64,000 nucleotides of DNA from Myxococcota bacterium (GTDB lineage Bacteria > Myxococcota_A > SURF-8): the NCBI GenBank assembly GCA_965140415.1, contig OZ223209.1, positions 3,520,001 to 3,584,000 of the forward strand. Reading direction: 5' to 3'. Under the pieces are notes generated by a model. That model made no database searches. It was not told where the DNA came from and was given only the letters and a program-made list of their open reading frames with translations. Shown piece by piece: positions 29,753 through 39,962 of the stretch. Each line of letters opens with the position of its first letter. Positions within the stretch are counted from its first letter, which is position 1. A program made the translations under genes and the position numbers.

Positions 29753-31786
29753 TTACTGAGAATCGCGGTCTCCGAATATCGTCTGCACGCCTTCGGGAGA
29801 ATTCAGTATCCCATATCCATTGTGTCCGATTCCCTGGGCAATAACCAGCAAATGGGGTTGGTAGCCATAATATTCGGCGATGTGATTGAAATAAATCTGA
29901 CCTCGTCGCAAACGATTTTCACCCTGCAACATGGCTTCGCAGGTGATTTCAAGATTCTCATCGATTTCCGTATCTTCACTGCCCAACAGATAGACAATGT
30001 CGCGCTGTTCCATCTGTAACCGGATACGCGTTGCACCCACTCGCCCCATGTAATAGTTCAGGTCATTCAAACCGAACTTGTAATCGTTGTAGCTCATACA
30101 ACCTGTTTGCGGCACTTCGAAAAGGAAGTCTTGCTCTCCATCAAAGCGCTTATCATCCAAGTAAAGGAAGGTGGCGCAATTGGACACCACATACCGGACG
30201 GGAACCCCCAAGGTCGACTCGTCTTCATTTCCTGCGGCATACCGTTGGACGTATTGCGCTCCGGCAGAATGCCCGATAAGCACAATCCCCTTCAAATTAG
30301 GGAATTTTCCATACTTGGTCAGTTTATCCATCAAGGTGTCCATCACGGTGTAAGAACTGACTTCCACCCCCAAAGCCCCCGCACACAAATCTCCCCGTTT
30401 CCAGGCAGCACTCGTTTCCCAGTACAGGTCGAACTCGTCCGGGCTATCTTCTGGTAATATGAAGCGAGGAGCAATCAACAACGTATTATTCGTAGCACGA
30501 GCATACTGCGCGGCATGGTAAAGCCACTCGTAATACTCACCGGCATTGCGATTCAACCCGTGTACTACGATCACTGCATATTCGATCTGTAGGTTCTCAT
30601 ACCCAAGACCGTAATTGCGGTAATACTGCACTTTCTTGTTTCCGGTGTCCGGAATCGTGAAACGTCCGAAATGCTCGCTCAAGATCGGAATGCAACCATT
30701 GACACCGTTACCGGAATACTCCTCCGGGCAATCTCCACAAACCGCCACACCGCTTGTATCGTCACAAACAGCCAACGGATCGCAACCGCCGTTATCCACC
30801 TCGCAAGGGCCATCCGGCTCGCATCCCGTCAATCCATCGCCATGGTAACCGGAGGGACAAGGACCGCACTCGTAGCTTCCCGGCAGATTCACGCATTCCG
30901 TCAAGGCATCGCAGCCCCCACGATTGGTTCCACATTCATTGATGTCTTCACAACCGACAACACCATCACCGGTATACCCATCAGGACAGTCACCGCATTC
31001 AAACGAACCGATTGTGTTGATACATGCCGTCAGTGAATCGCAGCCGCCATTGTCCTGAAGACACTCATTGAGATCCGCACAGCCACTGCGCCCATCGCCT
31101 TCAAAGCCTTCCGGACAAGGTCCGCATGTCGTCCCGCCAGCATGTTCCTCACAGCTTGTCAGAGGATCGCAACCTCCGTTATCTTGATCGCAGGTCTGAA
31201 CCGGATCGCAGCGAACGAGCGGATCTCCACGAAACCCATAGGGACACTCACACGAATATCCTCCGGCGGACAGATCGAAACAAACCGCATTCAAGCCACA
31301 AGGACGATCCAGACACTCTAGCGCCTGTTGCTCGGTAACCTCTTCAAATTCATAGTCTTTTTCCTGCTCAATGTCCAGCTCTGTATCCAATTCCCAATCG
31401 ATCTCAATGTCACCATCCTGGACTAAATCCCACTCTGTCCCCTCAGAATCGTCGCCATCCAGGAGCAAATCTCCGTCTGAATTCGGTTCGCCGTCCGGAT
31501 CGCCGTCCGGTTCGGCATCACCTTCCGACATGAGATCCTCATCAGCAGGAAGATTTCCGTCGAATTCGTCGCTCTCTTCCGCTTCGGTGGGTGTATCCAA
31601 ATCTCCATCTTCAGAATCAAGATCCTGATCGGGAAATTCCAACACATCCACATCTTGATCGGTTTGTTGTTGAGAACCTGGACCGGTATCAAGCGAACAA
31701 GCGGTCAAACTCATCGTAAAAATACAGACAAGCAACAGAAGAAGCATTGAATTAGTCTGTGAATTTAAGTGCTTAGATAATTGCAT
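29753..31786 (-). CDS. Lipoprotein: DGD linker, five EGF-like repeats, alpha/beta hydrolase
   Basis: LTA-C lipobox; DLNEC/DINEC Ca-binding EGF-type motifs; VVHG and GHSAG. Start codon uncertain. Confidence 0.82.
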   Translation of the reverse strand: MQLSKHLNSQTNSMLLLLLVCIFTMSLTACSLDTGPGSQQQTDQDVDVLEFPDQDLDSEDGDLDTPTEAEESDEFDGNLPADEDLMSEGDAEPDGDPDGEPNSDGDLLLDGDDSEGTEWDLVQDGDIEIDWELDTELDIEQEKDYEFEEVTEQQALECLDRPCGLNAVCFDLSAGGYSCECPYGFRGDPLVRCDPVQTCDQDNGGCDPLTSCEEHAGGTTCGPCPEGFEGDGRSGCADLNECLQDNGGCDSLTACINTIGSFECGDCPDGYTGDGVVGCEDINECGTNRGGCDALTECVNLPGSYECGPCPSGYHGDGLTGCEPDGPCEVDNGGCDPLAVCDDTSGVAVCGDCPEEYSGNGVNGCIPILSEHFGRFTIPDTGNKKVQYYRNYGLGYENLQIEYAVIVVHGLNRNAGEYYEWLYHAAQYARATNNTLLIAPRFILPEDSPDEFDLYWETSAAWKRGDLCAGALGVEVSSYTVMDTLMDKLTKYGKFPNLKGIVLIGHSAGAQYVQRYAAGNEDESTLGVPVRYVVSNCATFLYLDDKRFDGEQDFLFEVPQTGCMSYNDYKFGLNDLNYYMGRVGATRIRLQMEQRDIVYLLGSEDTEIDENLEITCEAMLQGENRLRRGQIYFNHIAEYYGYQPHLLVIAQGIGHNGYGILNSPEGVQTIFGDRDSQ

Positions 31787-31866
31787 AATCTTCAAGAAAG
31801 CCAGATCCCGCAAAAGATCCCGTTTCACTCCAATAAGCAGAAAGGATGCAAAATGCGTGAACTTGT

Positions 31867-32928
31867 TCAGATTTTCAGATTGGCTACACAGGTCCAATAA
31901 TTATCGAGATTCTGCCGAACAATCAACATCATCTCCTGCATTACCGATTCCTGCAACACGAACTGCTGTCGTTTCAGATCTTTCGTGTCCCCCAGCAATG
32001 CTCGTAATGACCAGCCGACACTTTGTTTTAGTGCACTGATACTGTATCCACCTTCCAAGAAGAAAGCAATCTTTCCATCGCAGATTCGCTCTGCCGCAGA
32101 AACCAGCATTTCCGCCAACTGTGCAACTGCCGGAGTGCTTACGTTCATGCCACCGATCGGATCTTTCTGATGAATATCGTAACCGGCTGAAACCAGAATG
32201 ATTTGAGGACGATACTCCTCAAGAATCGGTATAAAAAGATTTTCATACAGTAACAGGTAATCGTCGTCCATCTGCCCGGCGGCAAGCGGCACATTGACTG
32301 TCAAGCCCCGTCCCGGACCGTTACCGATCTCGGAAATAGCTCCCGTCCCAGGAAAATATGGCGACTGATGAGAAGAACAATACAACACGTTGCCATTGTC
32401 GTAAAACGATTCCTGGGTGCCGTTTCCATGATGCACATCGAAATCGACAATCGCCACCCGACGCACCTTGTGACGCTGTACCAGATGTGCCGCAGCGATG
32501 GCAATGCTGTTAAACAGGCAGAACCCCATTGTTCTTCCCGACAGGGCGTGGTGACCGGGCGGGCGACCAAGCAGGAAAGCATTTTGCAATTCCTCCGCCC
32601 AGACCGCGTCTACCAATTCAATTCCCGAACCGACGGCATACATCGCAGCCTTGAAACTCTGCGCCGTAGCAAGCGTGTCCGGGTCAAATACGGTAAAGGA
32701 CTTTCCCGCACTCGATGCGATCCGATCGAAATGAGCTTTGGAATGATTGAGTAGAATATCGTCTTCGGTCGCCAGCTTTTTAGGCAACCGGAACACCTGC
32801 TCGCTCAAGCCTGATTGTTGCAGGAAATCATAAATACCGATCAGGCGCTCAGGGCTTTCTGGATGACCCGTATCTGCGTTGATATGCTCGATAAAAATGG
32901 GATCCCAGATCACACCTGTTTTTCTCAT
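31867..32928 (-). CDS. Histone deacetylase family protein
   Basis: HPESPERL, RPPGHHA, DFDVHHGNGTQ, SAGYD and LEGGY. Confidence 0.96.
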   Translation of the reverse strand: MRKTGVIWDPIFIEHINADTGHPESPERLIGIYDFLQQSGLSEQVFRLPKKLATEDDILLNHSKAHFDRIASSAGKSFTVFDPDTLATAQSFKAAMYAVGSGIELVDAVWAEELQNAFLLGRPPGHHALSGRTMGFCLFNSIAIAAAHLVQRHKVRRVAIVDFDVHHGNGTQESFYDNGNVLYCSSHQSPYFPGTGAISEIGNGPGRGLTVNVPLAAGQMDDDYLLLYENLFIPILEEYRPQIILVSAGYDIHQKDPIGGMNVSTPAVAQLAEMLVSAAERICDGKIAFFLEGGYSISALKQSVGWSLRALLGDTKDLKRQQFVLQESVMQEMMLIVRQNLDNYWTCVANLKI

Positions 32929-33034
32929 GGCTATCCTCGCTGCAACCTCAACGAAATCCACATTCAGCAAGCCGTTCTTAAACGATAAGCCGCTATAGCG
33001 TTCGAGTCAATCCATTTTATGGCATTCCAAACAC

Positions 33035-33058
33035 AAAAAAACCCGCCGAAGCGGGTTT
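33035..33058 (-). terminator. Rho-independent terminator of pnp
   Basis: AAACCCGC-TTCG-GCGGGTTTTTTT on the minus strand. Confidence 0.9.
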
Positions 33059-33075
33059 GATTGTGTTTAGCCTGG

Positions 33076-35256
33076 CTAACGCCGGTTGGGGCGTCGTCCT
33101 CCTCGGTCATTACCACCGCGATTATTGCGGTCGGGACGCGGCGGACGCTCACGCTCCTGGTAACCTTCCGGCTTTTCCTTCAGCGCCCTCATGGACAACC
33201 GCAGTTTTCCGTTGCGTTCGGTATCGATCAACTTGACATCGATCTCATCACCCAGATGGACGTAATCTTCCATTTTCTCTACACGTTTCCAATCCACTTC
33301 GGAAATGTGCAGCAGGCCTTCCATACCAGGAATAATTTCAACAAACGCACCGAAATCCACCACGCGCTTGACCTTACCTTTGTACACTTTGCCAACTTCC
33401 GGCTCTTCGGTAAGTCCCTTGATGATGTCGATGGCCATCTGGCACTGGATATCGTCGCTGGAAGCGATGGAAACGGCTCCATCGTCGTTGACATTGATAG
33501 CACAACCGGTCTGATCCACGATCTCACGAATCGTTTTGCCACCGGCACCAATCACGTCACGAATGCGATCGGGGTTGATGTGGATCGTGACAATTCGCGG
33601 AGCGTAAGTAGACATTTCCTGGCGCGGTTCGGACAGGTGCTCGGTCATCTTGCCCAAAATGTGCATACGGCCTTCGCGAGCCTGATCAAGGGCACGGGTC
33701 AGGATTTCCCGGCTGACACCGGAAATTTTGAGATCCATCTGCATGGCGGTAATACCATCTTTGGTTCCACACACCTTGAAATCCATATCGCCAAGGTGAT
33801 CTTCTTCACCCAGAATATCGCTGAGGATCAGGATATTATCCGGCGTGTCACCTTCCATAAGGCCCATCGCGATTCCGGCAACCGGCTTACGAACGGGAAC
33901 ACCGGCATCCATCATCGCCATGCAACCGCCGCACACGGACGCCATCGAACTGGAACCGTTCGATTCCAAAATTTCAGACACGATACGCACCACATAGGGA
34001 AATTCATCCGTCAATGTAGGCACCATTGTCTGCAAGGCGCGTTCGGCCAAATTACCATGCCCGATCTCGCGACGGCCCGGCGATCCGATACGCTTGACTT
34101 CACCGACCGAATACGGCGGGAAGTTGTAATGCAGGAAGAAGGATTTTTCGCGGTCGCCAATCATATCGTCCACACGCTGGGTATCGCTGCTGGTACCCAG
34201 GGTAACCGTAACCAGCGCCTGAGTTTCACCGCGGGTGAAGACCGCACTGCCGTGAATGCGCGGCAGAACCGAAGTATCGATGCTGATCGGGCGAACTTCT
34301 TTCCAGTCGCGACGGTCAATGCGTGTATGCTCTTTCAGATACAGATCGCGCACGTAATCGTGTTTGACTTCTTCGAAAGCCTGCTTGATAAAGCCTTTCT
34401 CTTCTTCCGGCACATCTTCCATCTCAGCGATGATCGACTTCTTCAGAGCCTTGATGGCGGCATAGCGCGGAAGTTTTTCCCTAACATCATACACTTCAGG
34501 CAGTTTATCTTTTGCTAGTTCGCGTACGCGGTCGAGAATATGCTGCGGAAATTCGACTTCGGCAACTTCCCATTTCTCTTTGCCAATCAATTCACGCAGT
34601 TTTTCCTGCAACTGGATAACCGGCTGCACCCACTCGAAACCTTTCATCAGGGCTTCGACCATTTCCGCTTCGGACACTTCCTGAGATTCACCCTCCACCA
34701 TCACGATGGCTTTGGAACTGGCAGCCATGAAGATATCCAGGCGAGAGCGTTCCATATCGGCGGGAGAAGGATTGCAAACATACTCACCATCGATCAGACC
34801 GACACGCACACCGGCGATCGGACGCTCGAAGGGAATGGCGGAAACGTACAGCGCGGCGGATGCGCCAATCATGGCCATCACGTCGGTATCGTTCACCATG
34901 TCCGCGGCGAAAACGGTAGCAATGACCTGCGTCTCGTTTTTAAAGTTATCCGGGAACAACGGGCGGATCGGACGGTCGATCAAACGAGAGGTCAGCACTT
35001 CCCGCTGTTGCGGACGCGCTTCACGTTTGATAAAGCCACCCGGAATTCGACCGACGGCAAAAATCTTTTCCTGGTAATCTACGGTCAACGGGAAAAAGTC
35101 AATTCCTTCCCGACCGGAATCACTGGCTTCTGCCGTTACCAATACGCGGCTGTCTCCATATTCCACCCAGGCAGCGCCATTGGCCTGCTTGGCCAATCGA
35201 CCGAATTCTATTGTCAAAGGCCGGCCACCGAAATCCACGGTTTCACGAGTAATCAT
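33076..35256 (-). CDS. pnp: Polyribonucleotide nucleotidyltransferase
   Basis: DFFPLTVDYQE, FTRGETQ, RREIGHG and DHLGDMDFKV, plus KH and S1 domains. Confidence 0.99.
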   Translation of the reverse strand: MITRETVDFGGRPLTIEFGRLAKQANGAAWVEYGDSRVLVTAEASDSGREGIDFFPLTVDYQEKIFAVGRIPGGFIKREARPQQREVLTSRLIDRPIRPLFPDNFKNETQVIATVFAADMVNDTDVMAMIGASAALYVSAIPFERPIAGVRVGLIDGEYVCNPSPADMERSRLDIFMAASSKAIVMVEGESQEVSEAEMVEALMKGFEWVQPVIQLQEKLRELIGKEKWEVAEVEFPQHILDRVRELAKDKLPEVYDVREKLPRYAAIKALKKSIIAEMEDVPEEEKGFIKQAFEEVKHDYVRDLYLKEHTRIDRRDWKEVRPISIDTSVLPRIHGSAVFTRGETQALVTVTLGTSSDTQRVDDMIGDREKSFFLHYNFPPYSVGEVKRIGSPGRREIGHGNLAERALQTMVPTLTDEFPYVVRIVSEILESNGSSSMASVCGGCMAMMDAGVPVRKPVAGIAMGLMEGDTPDNILILSDILGEEDHLGDMDFKVCGTKDGITAMQMDLKISGVSREILTRALDQAREGRMHILGKMTEHLSEPRQEMSTYAPRIVTIHINPDRIRDVIGAGGKTIREIVDQTGCAINVNDDGAVSIASSDDIQCQMAIDIIKGLTEEPEVGKVYKGKVKRVVDFGAFVEIIPGMEGLLHISEVDWKRVEKMEDYVHLGDEIDVKLIDTERNGKLRLSMRALKEKPEGYQERERPPRPDRNNRGGNDRGGRRPNRR

Positions 35257-35318
35257 CTTTTTTTCTTCTTTCGAAAAGGGTCCAATTGACGCTCAAACGT
35301 AACTACACCAATAGTAAA

Positions 35319-35345
35319 TAAGGGCGCATACGCAATGCGCCCTTA
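35319..35345 (-). terminator. Stem-loop between rpsO and pnp
   Basis: TAAGGGCGCAT / ATGCGCCCTTA inverted repeat. Confidence 0.65.
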
Positions 35346-35378
35346 ATATAGGTGAATTCGCCAAGCAACTTTGGTCGA

Positions 35379-35648
35379 TTATTTGCGGATGCCCAAGGTA
35401 CCAATAATCGTACGATAACGTTCGACATTCTTGGCCTTGACGTAATCCAGCAGGCGGCGTCGCTTTCCGACCAGTTTCAACAGACCACGGCGCGAATGGA
35501 AATCTTTGTGGTGGGTCTTAAAGTGTTCGGTCAACTGGGTAATCCGCGTCGTCAGCAATGCAATCTGCACTTCGGGAGACCCGGTGTCGCTTTCGTGAAG
35601 TTTGTGCTTACCGACGATTTCGGCTTTCTCTTCCAGTGTCAATGACAT
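35379..35648 (-). CDS. rpsO: 30S ribosomal protein S15
   Basis: 89 aa; [13 protein letters not shown]...[21 protein letters not shown]. Confidence 0.99.
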   Translation of the reverse strand: MSLTLEEKAEIVGKHKLHESDTGSPEVQIALLTTRITQLTEHFKTHHKDFHSRRGLLKLVGKRRRLLDYVKAKNVERYRTIIGTLGIRK

Positions 35649-35781
35649 GTCTCGAAACTCCTTGTTGTTCAAACTCTCTCTATCATACCATTGGGTCGCG
35701 CGCTTTGTATAATCGAAAGCGTATGGAATGTCAAACGAAATTTCTCTCTTTTTTCGTTTTTTTCCAATTTGCGACCTTACC

Positions 35782-36765
35782 CTATTCCAAGCTCTGAAAA
35801 CCACGTTCCACTTTAATTGCGACGGCAGATGGCTCCAACTCACCCCACAAAGCAGGTTTCTCCACTACAGTCACTAGCGCTCTAAGCTGCCCTTCGGGTC
35901 CGATAGCCCGGTACACCGAAGTAATATTCTCAATAGATTCCGAAATGTTGCTATCCAGCAGCATGCGTACGGTCAAGGGCCTGCCATACTCGATTTCACG
36001 CTCCATACGGGCATCGATTTTCAAAATCGGAAGATCGATACGCTCCGATTCCAGCGGAATCAAATGTTCGTGCAGTTCCCCATCGTCAGCATCCAATATT
36101 ACCGGTAAGGATACACATTCATCAAGCGAAAAAACACCATGAGCCGTTCGAACCAGTGATTCCATATGCGCTCCGCATCCCAATTGTTTCCCTACATCGT
36201 GGCAAAGAGAACGCACATAATACCCCTTACTGGTGTGAATTTCGAAAGTTGCCTGGGGCGATCTGAAAGAACCCAAAGCGACTTCATGCAACACCACTCG
36301 TGCAGGCTTCACCTCCACGTCTTCCCCTCGGCGGGCGAGCTTGTAAAGCGCCTGACCGTCTTTCTTTTTTGCAGAAAACACGGGCGGCACCTGCATCTGT
36401 TCACCAAGAAAGCCTTTTAGAGTCTCATAAAACTCTTCTTCAGCCACGACCACCTGCTGCTCGGAAAGGATTTCCCCTGTGTTATCATAGGTGTCGGTTT
36501 CAATTCCCAATCGCATTCCAACACGATATCCCTTGCCGCGCTCCGACAAATATCCAGCCAGTTTGGTACCTTCATTGATGCAGATAGGGAGCACACCGGT
36601 CGCGAGTGGATCCAGCGTTCCCGCATGACCGACTTTGTGTAATCCGAAACGACGCTTGATTTTAGCGACCACCGCAGCGGAAGTTAGTCCTTCCGGCTTG
36701 TCGATCAACAGCAGACCACTGGGAGTACGTCGTCCTTTTCTCACCAGAGTTCCTTGATTTTCCAA
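35782..36765 (-). CDS. truB: tRNA pseudouridine(55) synthase
   Basis: [31 protein letters not shown] and SKGYYVRSL. Confidence 0.97.
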   Translation of the reverse strand: MENQGTLVRKGRRTPSGLLLIDKPEGLTSAAVVAKIKRRFGLHKVGHAGTLDPLATGVLPICINEGTKLAGYLSERGKGYRVGMRLGIETDTYDNTGEILSEQQVVVAEEEFYETLKGFLGEQMQVPPVFSAKKKDGQALYKLARRGEDVEVKPARVVLHEVALGSFRSPQATFEIHTSKGYYVRSLCHDVGKQLGCGAHMESLVRTAHGVFSLDECVSLPVILDADDGELHEHLIPLESERIDLPILKIDARMEREIEYGRPLTVRMLLDSNISESIENITSVYRAIGPEGQLRALVTVVEKPALWGELEPSAVAIKVERGFQSLE

Positions 36766-37367
36766 CGGTTTTCTTGACGAATCAACAGAAGAGTCTTTTC
36801 CTTTGAGGCTCCATATCGCAGCCTGGCGAGATCGCCCTCGATTTGAAACGGTTCACATCGTGCAGAAGCCGTCTCATCTACAAACGACTGCAACTGCTCA
36901 ATAAAAGCAGGATCTAGCGGAGATTTTGACTGTTCCAACTCGGTGGGAAGTAACGCACGCAGATCATCATAGGATTCGAATCGGATCAGATGCCGCGCCA
37001 AAAGCAACGTAGACTCAGGAGTATAATTGTGGAAAGGTCCAATCGTCGCACACTGAATTTTCCATTGTTGCCCCTGGTGCACCAATAAATAGCGCTGACC
37101 ACCCTCATTCACTTCCGCCGTCGCGGAAATTGAAGTCTTCTCATCTTCCGCTGCGGCTACATATCCCTGCTGCATGGCTTGCTCAAGTTCAGGCTCGGGA
37201 ACCGAAGAAATACCGTTCTCCGTCGAAAGCGAAACAAGAGCAGCAGCATCGTGCGCCAGCATTGCCCGCTGGTAATCCTCAACACGCGCCGTTGGTCCGC
37301 TGGCGCAGGCAACAACAAGCAGCATCAGGATACCGACGATTAGAATGGGTAAACTCGTTTTTACCAT
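36741..37367 (-). CDS. Hypothetical lipoprotein
   Basis: VVA-C lipobox; overlaps both neighbours. Confidence 0.75.
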   Translation of the reverse strand: MVKTSLPILIVGILMLLVVACASGPTARVEDYQRAMLAHDAAALVSLSTENGISSVPEPELEQAMQQGYVAAAEDEKTSISATAEVNEGGQRYLLVHQGQQWKIQCATIGPFHNYTPESTLLLARHLIRFESYDDLRALLPTELEQSKSPLDPAFIEQLQSFVDETASARCEPFQIEGDLARLRYGASKEKTLLLIRQENRWKIKELW

Positions 37368-38200
37368 GTCGCGATTCGTTCTCCCATTGTCAATGGTGCT
37401 CCGATTCGACCGTTTTCGAGTTCAAGTGTTTCTTCAGGAAATGCAAGGATTACCGTTGATCCTAAATGGAATATCCCCAGCTCATCTCCCTTGCTAATAT
37501 CCACAGCCGGATAATGATGAAACGTGCCGCCAACCTTCCGATCAAAGGCAGCCAGAGTCGGATCGTAACTTTGAGTGATACGCGAAACACAAGTCGCCGC
37601 CACCATCACAATAGCCATCAGTCCCTTGGAAGTCTCCAAAACCGTCACCATGCGTTCGTTACGAGAAAACAATTCCTCGATAGTACGAACCGAAGGTGCA
37701 TTCACCGGGAACTGCCGTCCGGGGATATAGCGGGTCAGCACAACGCGCCCGTCACAGGGGAAATGCACTCGATGATAATCTTTGGGACTGAGATACAGCG
37801 TTGCATACCCGCCATCGGCGTATGGCTCTGCAAGATCTTCACCGCCAAGCAAGGCGTCCAACCGGTAACGCTTCCCCTTGATCTGCTCTAACTGAAGCTC
37901 TTCGATCCGCCCCGCATTCGACCAGAATCCGTCGCAAGGAGAAACCAAGGCATTCTCGGCAGAATCGACTATACGAGCACCCGGCTTAAGACGACGAGTG
38001 AAAAATTCATCGAAAGTCGCATACTCGGAAAGCGGCTTTTCCACCTCGTCCAGATCAATGGAATACTGGTTTGCAAACGTGCGAATGGCCTTTTGCTGAA
38101 CGGATTTCGGCAGGTGCAAGTCACTTAACCATTGCATACCAAGACTAAACGAATGCTTGGGCATCAAGGTCAGCAACATGCGTGTCAATCCATCAGGCAT
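37361..38200 (-). CDS. psd: Phosphatidylserine decarboxylase proenzyme
   Basis: FFTRRLKPGAR, SPCDG, YLSPKDYHRVH, NER and FHLGST cleavage motif. Confidence 0.95.
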   Translation of the reverse strand: MPDGLTRMLLTLMPKHSFSLGMQWLSDLHLPKSVQQKAIRTFANQYSIDLDEVEKPLSEYATFDEFFTRRLKPGARIVDSAENALVSPCDGFWSNAGRIEELQLEQIKGKRYRLDALLGGEDLAEPYADGGYATLYLSPKDYHRVHFPCDGRVVLTRYIPGRQFPVNAPSVRTIEELFSRNERMVTVLETSKGLMAIVMVAATCVSRITQSYDPTLAAFDRKVGGTFHHYPAVDISKGDELGIFHLGSTVILAFPEETLELENGRIGAPLTMGERIATW

Positions 38201-38328
38201 TCCGATTCCTACTTCGCCTTTCGGCTCTAGCACATCGATTAACCTTCCATGACGAAGCGTCTTTTCTTAAACGCTTCGTCGGAAAGAAGGCCATTAAAAA
38301 AAAAGGACAATCACCCTAATGGATTAGT

Positions 38329-39738
38329 TTACAGCAGGAAGACCGCCATGACCAGCATGAATACCGGCACCAGGATCAACATCGAATATTTCATGTAACC
38401 CAGGAAGGTCGGCATTTTGATCCCGGCTTCGTCGACAATGGATTTGACCATGAAGTTCGGGGCGTTGCCGATATATGTATTGGCTCCCATGAAAACCGCA
38501 CCCAGGGAAATCGCGATCAGAATATTTACGGGAACCCCGGCCACACATTCGACACCGCCACACATATTCAGACCTTGTCCCAACGACATGAAGGTGACGT
38601 AAGTCGGGGCGTTATCCAGGAAAGAGGACAAACCGCCTGTCATCCAGAAGAACTGCCAGGGATGGTTGACACCAAATTCCGATCCATGCGCTTTCAGCAG
38701 GCAAATCGCCGGAAGCATCGTCACGAAAATACCGGCAAAAAGCACGGCGACTTCGATAATGGCATGGAACGTAAAGTAGTTCTTTTCCCGCGGAGATTGA
38801 GCATTGGGATCGGAACGATGGGCTTCCTGGTACTTATCGATCATGAAAGAGATAAGCGCCAGAGCGACCATCACCGGCTCACGATACCAGGCCAGATGGC
38901 CGGTCAGCAACACGACACTTGCAATTACGCCGCCCAAGAACAGGAAGTTAATCTTGCCGCTGATGCGCAATGGTTCCACCAGCACTTTGTCACGGATCTT
39001 ATCGGCCAGAGTTTCTTTCTTATAAGCAATCGTATCCCAAACATAGAAAATCGCCAGCAAAATCACAATGGCGAACAGCCATTCCTTCCACAGGTTCAAG
39101 GTCCAAAAGAAGGGTACACCACGCAAGAAGCCTAAGAACAGAGGCGGATCGCCGATGGGCAACAGGGAGCCACCGATATTCGCCACGATGAAAATGAAGA
39201 AGATGTAAATATGAATAACGTTATGCCGTTCGCTGTTGGTACGCAACAGCGGGCGAATCAACAACATCGCCGCTCCGGTCGTTCCGACGAAGCTGGCAAT
39301 CAACCCACCAATAGCCAGGAAAATCAGGTTCGTCTTGGGAGTAGCACGCAAATCACCTTCCAGGTGAATACCACCGGAAATGGTAAACAATGCCGCTAAT
39401 AGGATGATAAAACTATAATATTCATGCGCTACGAGCATCAAGGCATCACCGCCATGCTGCACGAATCCCAGAAAATAGACAAGCATGGGAACACCGCATA
39501 TTGCGGCAACATATCCCTTATGCAAGTTCGATTCAAACCAGTGGGGAGTAATCAATGGCAGCAGTGCAATGCACAACAGAATGCCGATGAAAGGAATGAC
39601 GGTGTAGGGAGACAGAATACGTCCGATTTCCGCTTCCAGATCCCCTTCCCCATGATGCAGGAAAAGCAGTAAAAATGCCAGGAAGGCAGCAAAGCAAGCC
39701 ACTACGATCGCAGCACCAATCAAATTCTTTTTCATCAA
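38329..39738 (-). CDS. Putative Na+/H+ antiporter / ion transporter (IT superfamily)
   Basis: About 12 TM helices; GTTGAAMLLIRP, NIGGSLLPIGDPPLFLG, SSFLDNAPTY and GANTYIGNAPNFMVK. Confidence 0.85.
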   Translation of the reverse strand: MMKKNLIGAAIVVACFAAFLAFLLLFLHHGEGDLEAEIGRILSPYTVIPFIGILLCIALLPLITPHWFESNLHKGYVAAICGVPMLVYFLGFVQHGGDALMLVAHEYYSFIILLAALFTISGGIHLEGDLRATPKTNLIFLAIGGLIASFVGTTGAAMLLIRPLLRTNSERHNVIHIYIFFIFIVANIGGSLLPIGDPPLFLGFLRGVPFFWTLNLWKEWLFAIVILLAIFYVWDTIAYKKETLADKIRDKVLVEPLRISGKINFLFLGGVIASVVLLTGHLAWYREPVMVALALISFMIDKYQEAHRSDPNAQSPREKNYFTFHAIIEVAVLFAGIFVTMLPAICLLKAHGSEFGVNHPWQFFWMTGGLSSFLDNAPTYVTFMSLGQGLNMCGGVECVAGVPVNILIAISLGAVFMGANTYIGNAPNFMVKSIVDEAGIKMPTFLGYMKYSMLILVPVFMLVMAVFLL

Positions 39739-39882
39739 AACACCTCACAGACCAAAGCGTCAAAACGGAAAAACGGAAAGTCCCCGCCAATGGATTCTTA
39801 CCGATAAGACAGAAGAACACGGTTATCACGACAAAGCTACAACATGACTATACAAAAACCGTTCAACACGTCAAGTATTCAT

Positions 39883-39911
39883 AAAAAAAAGAGGTGCACT
39901 CGACACCTCTT
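39883..39911 (-). terminator. Rho-independent terminator after the HDOD gene
   Basis: AAGAGGTG-loop-CACCTCTTTTTTTT on the minus strand. Confidence 0.75.
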
Positions 39912-39962
39912 CGATAACATCGTGATCAAGAACAGCAAGCTCGAAATGAAACTTCTACGAAA

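Noticed and set aside
33061-35289. Plus-strand ORFs of 485 and 249 aa
   Set aside because: Antisense shadows of pnp.
35649-35843. N-terminally extended S15 (154 aa)
   Set aside because: The canonical 89-aa S15 starts at 35648 after AAGGAG; the extension overlaps truB.
39739-39850. Na+/Li+ riboswitch ahead of the antiporter
   Set aside because: I could not see the conserved core of the nhaA-I or DUF1646 motifs; a covariance search is needed.
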